Origin: Candidatus Bathyarchaeota archaeon
Lineage (GTDB): Archaea; Thermoproteota; Bathyarchaeia; TCS64
Direction of reading: 5' to 3'
Assembly: GCA_043826455.1 (NCBI GenBank)
Contig: JBDRQD010000077.1
Location: 1-35,631 of the forward strand
DNA length: 35,631 bases
Shown here: piece by piece, positions 6,533 to 16,251 of the stretch
Position numbering within the stretch: the stretch's first letter is position 1
How the letters are laid out: each line of letters begins with the position of its first letter
Position numbers and translations under genes: made by a program
The notes under the pieces: generated by a model
Seen by the model: the letters and a program-made list of their open reading frames with translations, nothing else
The model's database searches: none
What the model was told of the DNA's origin: nothing

Positions 6533-8617
6533 TTATTGGTTGGAGTCCGGTTCGACCTTACCCCAGATATCAGCCACCGGCTTACACGCCTCGTCAAGCA
6601 GGTAGTGTCTGAACCAGTCCAGGTTCTGCTGGATCACGGCCCTGTTCTCCCTGGGCTTGGTGATGGGGTGAGCCATCTCAGGGTAGATGAACATCTCCAC
6701 GGGCACCCCCTTGTCCCTCAGAGCCCTGTACAGCTCCATGCCGTCGCTGAGGGGCACCCTCTGGTCCTTACCGCCGTGCTGGATCAGCATAGGCGTATGC
6801 GCCCGGTCTATGGCGCTCATGGGGGCGGTCCTCTCGTAGACCTCCCCCCGGTCCCAGGGCGTCCCCCCCAGGTAGTGGTCCGTGAAGTAGGGGATGTCGT
6901 TGCTCACCCTGTACGTGTACCAGTCGCTGATACCCGCACCCACACTAACCGCCCTGAACTTGTCGCTATGGAGCCCCACGTAAGCCGAGATGTAGCCGCC
7001 CTGGCTCCACCCCATGCAGCCCACACGCTCCGGGTCCACCATTCCCTTAGCCACCAGGTCGTCCACGGCCGACTCCAGGTCCCACATGTCCCCCAGGCCC
7101 AGGTTATCCCTGTTCAGCTCCAGGAACGCCTGCCCGTACCCCGTGCTGCCCCTGTAGTTAGGCTTCAACACAAGGACGCCGTCGTTCACCAGCTGCACCG
7201 GAGGATACCTCTGATAATCGTAGGGCTCCAGGAGGAACCCGCGGCTGGCCGTGGAAGGACCCCCATGAACCTGGAAGACCAGCGGATACTTCCTAGAAGG
7301 ATCATAGCCCCTCGGCTTCCTGAGGACCCCCTCGACGACCGCCCCGTCCCTCGACCTCCACCGAATGGTCTCCACCTCACCCAGGCTCCACCCCCTCACC
7401 TGGGCACCGTAGTCCGTGAGCCTCCTAACCCCCTTCATGCACCCGGCGGGCTCGCCGCTGGCGTACACCTCGGGGAAAGACTCAGGGCCATTGCCTATGA
7501 ACGCCAGATGACCCTCACCGTTCATAGAAACAGTGGGCCCAGGGTACAGGGGTAGGCTAAGCTCAGCCGCCTCACCCTCCACGGACAGGTGAGCTAAGGC
7601 GGTCCCTGTGCCCTTATCGTAGAACACGTATACCCCCTCCCTTGTCCACCAGGCCTGGTTCACCCTCTGATCCAGGCCCCCCGACACCTTCACCATCAAC
7701 GGCTCCAGGGGCTTGGACAGGTCGGCTCCCCGCAGATCCACGGCCCAGAGGTCCGCCTGGGTGTAGGACATGTTATCCCGCTCCTTGTGGCTCACGAGCA
7801 GACTCGACTCGTCGGGGCTCACGGCCACCACGCTGCTCACCTTGGGCAGCTGAAGCATGGTGGCCCTGCCGTGCCAGTCCTCGCCCCCCGCCACCAGGTA
7901 CGCCGATGACTCGTAGTTCACCTTCAGCTTGAAGCTGGTGACCTGGTCCCAGTAGACCAGGGGGTCCCTGCTCCTGCAGTTCACGATGCACCCGTCGCTG
8001 GTAGCGACGAAGTCCAGCACCTTCATGGGCCTCCCCAGGAGCCTTGACACCTCCAACACAGGCTTGGCCACCTTCTTGGCCTCGTCCTCCGTCAGGCCTA
8101 CGACCCTCCGGTTGTACTCCCTGAGGTAGGGTAGACTCACGTACCACAGGGCAGAGGCGCTGTCCTCCGACTCGAAGTGGGTGACGTCGCCGTAGACGTC
8201 CCTGACGCCGCTTCGCTTGCTCCTCTCAGGGTGCTCCGCAGAGTAAAGAACCCCATTCTCGGTGGGCTTGAAGGCATCTACCCCTGTCTCCACGTCGGTC
8301 ACCTGGAGAGGCTCACCCGCCAGTATCTGGAAGAGCCAGACCTGGGCCTTGCCGCCCCTGTCCCAGAGGGCCAGGAGGCTCTCGTCGGTCATCCACTCCA
8401 TCTGGGTGACGTTGCCGGTCCGGGTCAACTGCACCTGCTTCCCAGTATCCAAACAGTGCACGAACAGCCTGTGCTCGTACCTGTTGTCGCGCCAGTTGGT
8501 GGTCCTAACCCTGAAGGCGACCCTGCGGCCGCCCGGGCTGCTCTTCGCCTCCTCGGGGTACTCCAATGATACGAGGTCTGACACCGAGGGGCTGTAGCCT
8601 GATGACGCCATAACCAT
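6533..8617 (-). CDS. S9 family peptidase (acylaminoacyl/dipeptidyl aminopeptidase)
   Basis: VHGGP, NYRGSTGYG, nucleophile GWSQGG, DQRVP and terminal His (EMAH); N-terminal propeller region. Confidence 0.95.
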   Translation of the reverse strand: MVMASSGYSPSVSDLVSLEYPEEAKSSPGGRRVAFRVRTTNWRDNRYEHRLFVHCLDTGKQVQLTRTGNVTQMEWMTDESLLALWDRGGKAQVWLFQILAGEPLQVTDVETGVDAFKPTENGVLYSAEHPERSKRSGVRDVYGDVTHFESEDSASALWYVSLPYLREYNRRVVGLTEDEAKKVAKPVLEVSRLLGRPMKVLDFVATSDGCIVNCRSRDPLVYWDQVTSFKLKVNYESSAYLVAGGEDWHGRATMLQLPKVSSVVAVSPDESSLLVSHKERDNMSYTQADLWAVDLRGADLSKPLEPLMVKVSGGLDQRVNQAWWTREGVYVFYDKGTGTALAHLSVEGEAAELSLPLYPGPTVSMNGEGHLAFIGNGPESFPEVYASGEPAGCMKGVRRLTDYGAQVRGWSLGEVETIRWRSRDGAVVEGVLRKPRGYDPSRKYPLVFQVHGGPSTASRGFLLEPYDYQRYPPVQLVNDGVLVLKPNYRGSTGYGQAFLELNRDNLGLGDMWDLESAVDDLVAKGMVDPERVGCMGWSQGGYISAYVGLHSDKFRAVSVGAGISDWYTYRVSNDIPYFTDHYLGGTPWDRGEVYERTAPMSAIDRAHTPMLIQHGGKDQRVPLSDGMELYRALRDKGVPVEMFIYPEMAHPITKPRENRAVIQQNLDWFRHYLLDEACKPVADIWGKVEPDSNQ

Positions 8618-8772
8618 GAATACGGGTCTAGGTGAAAAAGGTTGAGGAGCCTAGAAGACTTCCTCCATTATGTAAGCCTTCTAACATCATCCTTTTCCTT
8701 CCAGAGGACCGGTGCCCCCATTTTAAATACCCTAACCACTATTTTCACATACGTTTTAAGGTGTGAAATGCT

Positions 8773-9063
8773 TTGGGAAGCCGCGTACAGGGAAACCTAA
8801 CCGAGCCTATCTTAAACGCGTCCCGCCCTGGGACTCTCGCCGGTCTGAGTATGACCATCCTGAAGTTCAGTGAGACTGACCCGCTGATATTCAGGCTCAT
8901 CCTCCTCATCGGGGCCATCATGTTTCTGCTGTCCTCCTTCTTCATCTTCTTCTTCACCTTATATCCCACGCGTCGAGTTCTCTGGATTCTGACTTCCACA
9001 ACCTTCCTCCTGGGCCTCTGCTGCGCCATCACCTCTTCCGTGATCCTACTGGTGCTTATCTAG
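8773..9063 (+). CDS. Small hypothetical membrane protein
   Basis: About three hydrophobic segments, TTG start, upstream TTTTAA boxes. Confidence 0.65.
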   Translation: MGSRVQGNLTEPILNASRPGTLAGLSMTILKFSETDPLIFRLILLIGAIMFLLSSFFIFFFTLYPTRRVLWILTSTTFLLGLCCAITSSVILLVLI

Positions 9064-9076
9064 CGCGCGCAACGGA

Positions 9077-12000
9077 CTAGGGCCGGGGGCCCCTGAGCCA
9101 CCCCAGGATACCCATCTCGTACACGGAGACCTCCACGGGCTCGGACTCACAGTGCTTCAGCTCGCCCGTGTCGTCAAGGTACACTACACAGGACTTCAGG
9201 GTGTAGGACCCCTTGGACAGGGGCTTCATGGACAACTGTATCTCCTCGGTGCTCAGCGGCCCAAGCCTCTTGCCCTTCAAGTCGATGTAGCCGTCCGCTG
9301 CCCCGAAGTACCCTGAGACCCTGACCACCTCAAAGTTCTCGGGCACGATGTCCTCGACCTTGACCAGGGTGGCGGACGCCATCCCTGCGTTGTACAGCTC
9401 GACGATGGCGTCGAAGGCTTCGCCGCTCTTCACATCCGTGGACTTCAGGTAGAGGCTCGCCTGGACGTTGGCGTGCTCAAAGCTCTCGAGGCCGGCGGCG
9501 TACTCGTGGCTGGGGGTCGGCGCGCTGAAGCTCTCAGTGGATGAGGAGATGAGGGGGGCGTTGAGAACATCTATGAGGGCCATGACCAGCGTACGGTCTT
9601 TGCGTATGTTCTCCAGAAGCCTGTATACCTCCTGCTCCTTCGCCGGGTGCTTGGCCCTGAGGAAGGACTTGGCGGAGGCCTCCAGAACCCTCTCAGCCAT
9701 GGCGTAGTACCTGGCCTTTTTCTCCGGCTCCGTCTCGGCGTTGGCGTTGTCCACGTAGACGTAGGCGTCGAACAGCCTCTGGGTGGCCTTTGAGTACTCC
9801 AGGGCCGGCTCGTAGCCCGCCCTCACGTAGTAGTTGGTGGCGTTGGTGAGGTACTGGCTCGCCTTCTGGTAGCTCCCCACGTCCCTGGTGGTCTCGAACT
9901 GTGTGCACTCGTACAGAGCTCGGCAGAAGTTGCTGTGGCCCAGGGACAGGAGCTTGGTCTGCTGGGTCAGGCTGAGGTCCTTGGCCTCCTCGAAGAGCTG
10001 GGCGGCCTCATGGTAGTGCCGTGGAGCGGCATCCGCCTCGGCCAGTGTCATCATCCTCCAGGCCTTGCACAGGGTGATGATGGGTGTTATCTCGTTTCGC
10101 TCCGCATCCATGTCCAGAGCGTTGACGATCCTCTGCAAGATACTGGCTGCCTCATTGTACTTCCTTGAGCTGGCGGCGTGCTCTCCCCGCCTGTTGAGTA
10201 TCCGGGCTTCTTCCAAGGTCATCCTGCTGACGCAGTAGTCGTGCCGTAGCCGTGATGCTTCTATCAGGGACCTGGCCAGCTCCTGCTCGTCCCTCACGCC
10301 GATGCTGTCTATCTGCCCCTCGATGACTTTTCTGCTCTCCTCGAACAGCTCGGCCACCTCGCCGAACAGGTTACTGGCGTCCTCAGTCTTGTCGTCCTGG
10401 CTCAGGGCTTCGGCCTCGGCCAGCCTGGCCCACGCCGAGTAGTTGTTTGAAAGGTAGCCCCACCTGCTGGTGAGCCCGTGCAGCTCCGCGGCCTTCTCGT
10501 AGTGTTCCTTCACTTTGCCGTACTCTTTTTCCAGGTTGTGCTGCTTAGCCTTCTTTATCTCGCTCCAGGCCCTCATGTAGTTGGAGTACTCCGTGTAGAA
10601 CTCCTTGAGGTGAGGTATCTTCTTCGCAGCGTCCTCGTAGCATTGGGCGGCCTGCTCGAACTCCTCCGCGGACTCCGTGTACTGGCCGAGCCTGTTCTTG
10701 ATGTTGGCAGTCTTCCAGTGGGTCTCCGCCACGCGGCTGAGCAGCTCGTTCTCCTGGTACGTCTCACGCATCTCCCTGTAGATGCCGGTGGCCTGATCCA
10801 GGTACTGGGTGTCCTTAGTGGCCGCGTAGAGGTACTCCAAGAGCTCCCCCATCTGCCTCAGGCCCACCGCGTAGTCCAGGGACAGGGCCCGGGAGGGGTT
10901 GGTCTCCAGGTGTATCTTCCCCAGCTCGGCGCACTCCTCGCCCTCCTGGAGCGCCTCCTTGAGGAGGGTGACGCGCTTCTCCTGGTCCTTCTCTATCCTC
11001 GAGTACTCGATCTTTAGCTTGGCTGACTGGAACTTGAACACTGAGTGGTTCCAGTAACGGAAGGGCTGAACCCTGGTGGAGACCTCGATGAGCTCATCCA
11101 CCGTCGATGTGGCCTCCTCTATGAGCCTCCTCTTGTCTTCTTCGACTCTCTCGTATCTGATTAATCCCAGTAGCAGGTGTGAGAGCTCATTCAGAATATA
11201 CAATGTACCCAACTGTGAGCCGTATCTGTGGGCATTTTCGAGGTCTATCTTGGCTACCGCAACACCTTTTCGGTATATTTTCAGTTTAGTCTCCGTCGTG
11301 CTCTCATTCCTTGCCAAGTGGTAGTGGCTGCCAACGTGGTTTATGTAGGCGAGGGTAATCGGCCTCGAGATAGCTTCGTAGAGTTTTATAGCGTTCTCGG
11401 TGTACTGGTACGCTTTCTCGTTCTCAGATACTTGGGTCTCCGGGTCCTCGTCGGTGGTGTTGGTCTTCCAGGCCGTGAGGTAGCCGAGGAGCTCGTAAGC
11501 CTGAGCTTTCAGCAGGGTGTCGCCTGTCTTATCCGCGGACTCCAGCTGAGTGTTGGCCAGTTTTAGCGAGGCTTCGAGGTCGCCGTTTCTCTCGAACGTC
11601 ACGTAGCTCAGAACCCCGCCGGATCTGCCCACCAAGTACGGGTCCCCCAGCCTCTCAGCGTCTTCGTAGGCTCTCTGAGCTGTCTCGAAGCTGGTCTTCA
11701 TGAAGTCCTGCTGCTTCTTTATCGACCCGTAGACCTCCATCGGCTTGTCCAGCAGTATCAGGCTCAGGAGATGTCGTGTCAGGGCGAGTTCAGGCGCATC
11801 CTCCTGGCCGCCAGCTGCTTTATACGCGGCTTCACTGAACTTTATGGCCTCCTCCAAGATCCCTGTCACTTCTTCGTAGTCCCGGATTAGCTCCGACCTG
11901 GAGTACAGGTGGGACAGGAACCCGTTGCACGTTTCCAGGTAGCCCGACGTGTCGCCGATCCTGCTCCACTCCTTCAGGGCTTTCCTGTCTGCCTCGAGGC

Positions 12001-12367
12001 ACCTGTCTAGGCAGTCTTTTCTTTTCTGGGGGTCCTCCATGATCCAGGACTCGAGGTGCGTGGATTGGGCCTGGCAGTGAAGCCTCCTCGCCTTCGATGA
12101 TGGGTGTTTAGTTTTCCCGTATAGTTCGCCGGCTTTTTTGTATGATTCTTGAGCCGGTCCAATTCTGTCCGTGAACTCCTTGTCTGTCTTGGACTGGTAT
12201 GCGGCCCGCTGAAGACATAGGCCTATTCTTTCTTGCACCCTTGCCTTGTCAAAGCTGTCGTTTTCTTGGCCGGTGATCGCCTCTCTGTATCGGTTGGCTG
12301 CCTCTAGCCATCTGTATTTTTTTTCCAGCTCGTGTGCTTCTCTGTGGTTTTTCAGGCTCGGATACAA
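9077..12367 (-). CDS. Large alpha-helical repeat (TPR/SNAP-like) protein with a C-terminal Ig-like domain
   Basis: 1096 aa. Repeated A..Y.KAAEL-type helices. The last ~125 aa are beta-rich (VELYNAG...VEDIVPENFEVV...GSYTLKSCVVYLD). Confidence 0.75.
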   Translation of the reverse strand: MYPSLKNHREAHELEKKYRWLEAANRYREAITGQENDSFDKARVQERIGLCLQRAAYQSKTDKEFTDRIGPAQESYKKAGELYGKTKHPSSKARRLHCQAQSTHLESWIMEDPQKRKDCLDRCLEADRKALKEWSRIGDTSGYLETCNGFLSHLYSRSELIRDYEEVTGILEEAIKFSEAAYKAAGGQEDAPELALTRHLLSLILLDKPMEVYGSIKKQQDFMKTSFETAQRAYEDAERLGDPYLVGRSGGVLSYVTFERNGDLEASLKLANTQLESADKTGDTLLKAQAYELLGYLTAWKTNTTDEDPETQVSENEKAYQYTENAIKLYEAISRPITLAYINHVGSHYHLARNESTTETKLKIYRKGVAVAKIDLENAHRYGSQLGTLYILNELSHLLLGLIRYERVEEDKRRLIEEATSTVDELIEVSTRVQPFRYWNHSVFKFQSAKLKIEYSRIEKDQEKRVTLLKEALQEGEECAELGKIHLETNPSRALSLDYAVGLRQMGELLEYLYAATKDTQYLDQATGIYREMRETYQENELLSRVAETHWKTANIKNRLGQYTESAEEFEQAAQCYEDAAKKIPHLKEFYTEYSNYMRAWSEIKKAKQHNLEKEYGKVKEHYEKAAELHGLTSRWGYLSNNYSAWARLAEAEALSQDDKTEDASNLFGEVAELFEESRKVIEGQIDSIGVRDEQELARSLIEASRLRHDYCVSRMTLEEARILNRRGEHAASSRKYNEAASILQRIVNALDMDAERNEITPIITLCKAWRMMTLAEADAAPRHYHEAAQLFEEAKDLSLTQQTKLLSLGHSNFCRALYECTQFETTRDVGSYQKASQYLTNATNYYVRAGYEPALEYSKATQRLFDAYVYVDNANAETEPEKKARYYAMAERVLEASAKSFLRAKHPAKEQEVYRLLENIRKDRTLVMALIDVLNAPLISSSTESFSAPTPSHEYAAGLESFEHANVQASLYLKSTDVKSGEAFDAIVELYNAGMASATLVKVEDIVPENFEVVRVSGYFGAADGYIDLKGKRLGPLSTEEIQLSMKPLSKGSYTLKSCVVYLDDTGELKHCESEPVEVSVYEMGILGWLRGPRP

Positions 12368-12519
12368 TTTTACGTGTTAATTTAATAGGTTCTTATGAAA
12401 AAAACTTCGCATAGGTTTAGGTATAAATAGTTAAAATTTTAGTAAAATTAAATTGTATTTATGATAAGTAATATATATACACTTTGAAGAACATAACACG
12501 CTTGAAGGAGTTTTAAAGT

Positions 12520-12939
12520 ATGTCAGTAGGTCACGGCGGAGAGTTCAGCAAGCACCCGGCGAACGTAAAGATAGCTATTCTGAGGTTTATAGAGGCCAGA
12601 CTAAAAGACGCGGCAGATTATCTAGAAATACCTGGCATCACTGCAGATAACATAACGATCTACGATCCTTTCACAACAGATATGGACTTTTTCATATTCT
12701 TCAAAGACGTTGGTTGGGAAAACTATCTGAAAATATACAGCAAATACTACGATGAGACCTTTGAAGGCCGTGAAAGGCAAGCAGAGGTTGAAAGCGACTA
12801 CAAGGACATGCCCAAAATTATCAGTATGTTACACGGTGATAGACCAAATGGAGTATTCAATGCGTCTAGATCGAAGTCTGTCATTTACTATACACCAGAA
12901 CAGATGGAAAACATACTGGACCATGGGGACCCCTACTAA
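12520..12939 (+). CDS. Hypothetical protein in an AT-rich patch
   Basis: 139-aa ORF with ATG start and GAAGGAG upstream; no recognisable motif. Confidence 0.65.
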   Translation: MSVGHGGEFSKHPANVKIAILRFIEARLKDAADYLEIPGITADNITIYDPFTTDMDFFIFFKDVGWENYLKIYSKYYDETFEGRERQAEVESDYKDMPKIISMLHGDRPNGVFNASRSKSVIYYTPEQMENILDHGDPY

Positions 12940-12984
12940 CAAATACCTATATTCTCAACTTTTTTCCTCAATTGGCACAATGGC

Positions 12985-14160
12985 TTATACATATATCTGA
13001 ATTACAGTGCCGTCTAATAGCTCCCTGTCTAGCCCTACTTTCTCGTTGTCGAACTTGGCTGATGGGCCCCAGATTCGGGCGTACTTGAACCGCTCATAGA
13101 AGTCGTTGTGTATCATCTTGGCCAAGTCACCCACCGTCACCGCGCCCTTAGCCACAATGGGCTCCTTGGCGGGCTCCTTACCCGGCTCCTTAGTATATAT
13201 CCTCACTATGCCCAAGAGCTCGAAAAGCTTCCTGCCCAAGGCTTCCTGAAGGCCCTTGGATTTCTGGAAGCTGCACACCCCCACCTGGAGGGGCGCCGCC
13301 GACTGCCTCAGCTGATCCACTGTGCCCTGGTCATATCCTAGGTCCGCCTTGTTGGCCAGGACCAGCGTGGGCCTGTAGACGGCGTTGCCGAAGATGGCGC
13401 CCTCCAGCACGTCCAGGGTCACCCTGCCCTTGACCCTGAGGAGGGCGGACCTGATCTTGTACTCGTTGAGGAGGGCCACCACCTCCTCCTTGGTGCAGCC
13501 GTCCAGCTCCCCCTCCCAGATGAACTGGATGTCCCTGCCGTGGCCCCGCTTCTCGATCTCCACCTCGCCCGGGGGCTCCGCCGTGAGTATCCTAGCGTTC
13601 TCCAGCTCCTCCGCCACCATCAGATAGTTGCCCGAGGGATCATCGGCGATGTCCACCACGACTATTATGGCGTCGGCGTTCCTCACCGAGCTGAGGTTCA
13701 TGAAGCCCTCCGTCTTCCCCTCGCTGCTGCCCTCCACTATGGGCGGTATCTCCACCAACTGGAACTGGATGTCCAAGTAGGGCAGCATCCCCGGTGTGGG
13801 CACCGTTGTGCTGAAGGGCCAGTCAGTCACCTCCACGGCGCTGTTGGTCACGGCCCTCAGGAGGCTGCTGCGGCCCACGTTGGGGGGGCCTATGATCGCT
13901 ACCTGGGCGGCCCCCGCTTTGGGGACGTAGTAGCTGGGAGTCGAGCCCTTCCTGCTCTGCTGCAGCCGCTTCTTCTTCTCCGTCTCGTCCCTGATCTGAG
14001 CCATCTGGCGCTTGACCTGACGGCACAGCTTATCGGTTCCCTTGTGCTTGGGCACCAGGCTCAGGAACTCCCCCATGAGGCGGAGGCGCTCCTCCGGGTT
14101 GCGGGTCATGGTGACCTCGTTCCACTTCTGCTTTGCTTCCTGGGGGAGGTTGGTGACCAT
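12985..14160 (-). CDS. DRG/OBG-family GTP-binding protein with TGS domain (variant G motifs)
   Basis: PKHKGT, GPPNVGRSS, PFST, NKAD, C-terminal TGS (IRIYTK...FKYARIWGPSAKF). Confidence 0.9.
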   Translation of the reverse strand: MVTNLPQEAKQKWNEVTMTRNPEERLRLMGEFLSLVPKHKGTDKLCRQVKRQMAQIRDETEKKKRLQQSRKGSTPSYYVPKAGAAQVAIIGPPNVGRSSLLRAVTNSAVEVTDWPFSTTVPTPGMLPYLDIQFQLVEIPPIVEGSSEGKTEGFMNLSSVRNADAIIVVVDIADDPSGNYLMVAEELENARILTAEPPGEVEIEKRGHGRDIQFIWEGELDGCTKEEVVALLNEYKIRSALLRVKGRVTLDVLEGAIFGNAVYRPTLVLANKADLGYDQGTVDQLRQSAAPLQVGVCSFQKSKGLQEALGRKLFELLGIVRIYTKEPGKEPAKEPIVAKGAVTVGDLAKMIHNDFYERFKYARIWGPSAKFDNEKVGLDRELLDGTVIQIYV

Positions 14161-14222
14161 GGTGGTCTCCTTTGATCAGTATTATTGCCTGTGGTTTTTT
14201 AAAAAGCCCAAGGTAATATGCT

Positions 14223-14546
14223 TTACCTCAGCTTGGCCCCGCAGTCGGTGCAGAACCGTTGGCTGGGGTCAGACTTGGCGCCGCAGCTCGAGCACGTGAG
14301 TGCAGCCGAAGCCACTTGGGTGTAACCCATCTCCTTGCCCTTGGTGAAGACATCCCTGATGAAGACCTCGGTGCTGGTGACCCGCACCTCCCCCGGCTGA
14401 GGTGTGAGGCTGGCCACGGCCTCGGCTATGATCCTGTCTCGGGCCTCCGGCGTTATCACCCCCTCCTCCACCAGGTGGTCTATGAGGATGGCTATCAGGT
14501 TCCGGTTCATGAATATGGCGTGGGGTACGGTCATGTCCTCTTCCAT
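14223..14546 (-). CDS. Zinc-ribbon domain protein
   Basis: C-terminal CSSC-x10-CTDCG. Confidence 0.75.
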   Translation of the reverse strand: MEEDMTVPHAIFMNRNLIAILIDHLVEEGVITPEARDRIIAEAVASLTPQPGEVRVTSTEVFIRDVFTKGKEMGYTQVASAALTCSSCGAKSDPSQRFCTDCGAKLR

Positions 14547-14719
14547 GGCGATCCCCTAAGAGTCTGGGGCGGGGAAAATATAGTTATTGGACCGGTGCCT
14601 CGCACAAGCAGCAGAACGTGTGGCCTGGGGAATTGGGTGCGGCCGAGACTGGCGGCGTGGACGGTGATGGTGGCCTTGAACCCCTCGGTATGCCTTAAGT
14701 AATGGTGTAAACCCATTTC

Positions 14720-15676
14720 ATGAGAACTAAGATGGTTAAACCATTCATAATCGGCACGCATAAGGCCGGTCCCTTCCTGTACGCCGGCGTCAAGGCGCTG
14801 GCTGAGGGCGGCTCCGCCCTGGACGCCGTTGAGGCGGCCACCAGGCTCGTGGAGAGCAACCCCGACGACACATCTGTGGGCCTCGGAGGCATCCCCAACA
14901 TCCTGGGCGTCCAGGAGATGGACGCGTCCCTCATGTGCGGCAGGACCCTCAGGACGGGAGCCGTAGGAGCCCTGAAGGGCTTCATCCACCCCATAAGCGT
15001 GGCGCGGAAGGTGCTGGAGGAAGCCCCCCACGTGATGCTGGTGGGGGAGGGCGCAGAGCTCTTCGCCAGGGTCATGGGCTGCGAGGAGGGCAGCCTGGAG
15101 ACCGAGACGAGCAGGAGGGTGTACGAGGCCTTCGTGGCCGACGCCTTCGAGCACGAGGGCATCGACCAGAGCCAGGAGTGGGTGGTCACCTACGCCAGGA
15201 GCCAGAACCTGCGGGAATGGTACGACAGGCTGGCCGATAAGCACCACGGCACTGTCAACATCCAGGCCATGGACGGTAACGGGGACGTAGCCTCAGCCGT
15301 CTCCACAAGCGGCACGGCCCTCAAGTTCCCGGGCCGCCTAGGCGACAGCCCCATCATTGGCGCCGGCAACTACTGCGACAACAGGTACGGGGCGGCTGCC
15401 TGCACAGGCCGCGGAGAGCTAGCCATCAGGAACAGCACGGCCCGCACCATAATACACTACATGGAGGACGGGCTCAGCGTCAGGGAGGCCGCCTTCCGCG
15501 CCATGAAGGACATCCACACCCTGAGGAGCTTCGGCGGAATGAACTGCCTGGCCCTAGACCACAAGGGTAACACCGTGAGCGCCAGCACACGGGAGGACCG
15601 GGAGAGCGTCCACTGGTACATGGCCGTGGGCATGAAGGAACCCGAGAAGCGGACCGGGATAAACGTGAAGCCATGA
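14720..15676 (+). CDS. Isoaspartyl peptidase / type-2 asparaginase (Ntn hydrolase); start may be 14732
   Basis: SVGLGG, EMDAS, PISVAR, HG/TV autocleavage Thr, STSG and GRLGDSP. Confidence 0.92.
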   Translation: MRTKMVKPFIIGTHKAGPFLYAGVKALAEGGSALDAVEAATRLVESNPDDTSVGLGGIPNILGVQEMDASLMCGRTLRTGAVGALKGFIHPISVARKVLEEAPHVMLVGEGAELFARVMGCEEGSLETETSRRVYEAFVADAFEHEGIDQSQEWVVTYARSQNLREWYDRLADKHHGTVNIQAMDGNGDVASAVSTSGTALKFPGRLGDSPIIGAGNYCDNRYGAAACTGRGELAIRNSTARTIIHYMEDGLSVREAAFRAMKDIHTLRSFGGMNCLALDHKGNTVSASTREDRESVHWYMAVGMKEPEKRTGINVKP

Positions 15677-16095
15677 TGACCGCACCCTACGATTTCAGGA
15701 GGATCACCCCAAGCGTCTACGGGGACAGGCGCCCCGTGGAGGGGGAGGTCGTCGCCCTCCTCCACGTGTGCTTCGAGGACCGGGGCCTCAAGCTCATAGA
15801 GACCAAGAGCAGAGCCGTACGGCTACAGGAGATACACGAGCTGATGATCACCGACGAGGACGCTGCCCCGGGCGGCGGAGCTGACCGCGTCAGGGCCATA
15901 GCCTTCTTCGAGGTGAACAGGTCCGGGCTCATCGTGATGGGCGACAACGTCTCTGTAGAAGGAAGGCGCCTAGGGTCGCTGGCCGGCTTCGACGAGACCC
16001 ACATGCCTAACCACATGAACATAGTTGTGAAGACTGAGAGCTTGGACGAGCCAGCGATCAGGGTCGGGGACAGGGTCAGGTTCAGCTCACATTAA
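15673..16095 (+). CDS. Conserved protein (DUF6917-like), coupled to the asparaginase gene
   Basis: SRAV...EIHELM and GFDETHMPNHMNIV; ATGA overlap with the upstream stop. Confidence 0.75.
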   Translation: MMTAPYDFRRITPSVYGDRRPVEGEVVALLHVCFEDRGLKLIETKSRAVRLQEIHELMITDEDAAPGGGADRVRAIAFFEVNRSGLIVMGDNVSVEGRRLGSLAGFDETHMPNHMNIVVKTESLDEPAIRVGDRVRFSSH

Positions 16096-16251
16096 TTGTT
16101 TTTAAGTCGATGTCTGACATTATTCTATAAACATGTCTGGACCCCTCTAAAGAGAGGAGGAACATTATAGGCGACCCGTCCGCATTCAGGAACATTTAAA
16201 CCGCGCCTTAGTCGCGCTGCTGATAAGGCTAGATGAGATAGGCGAACCGAT

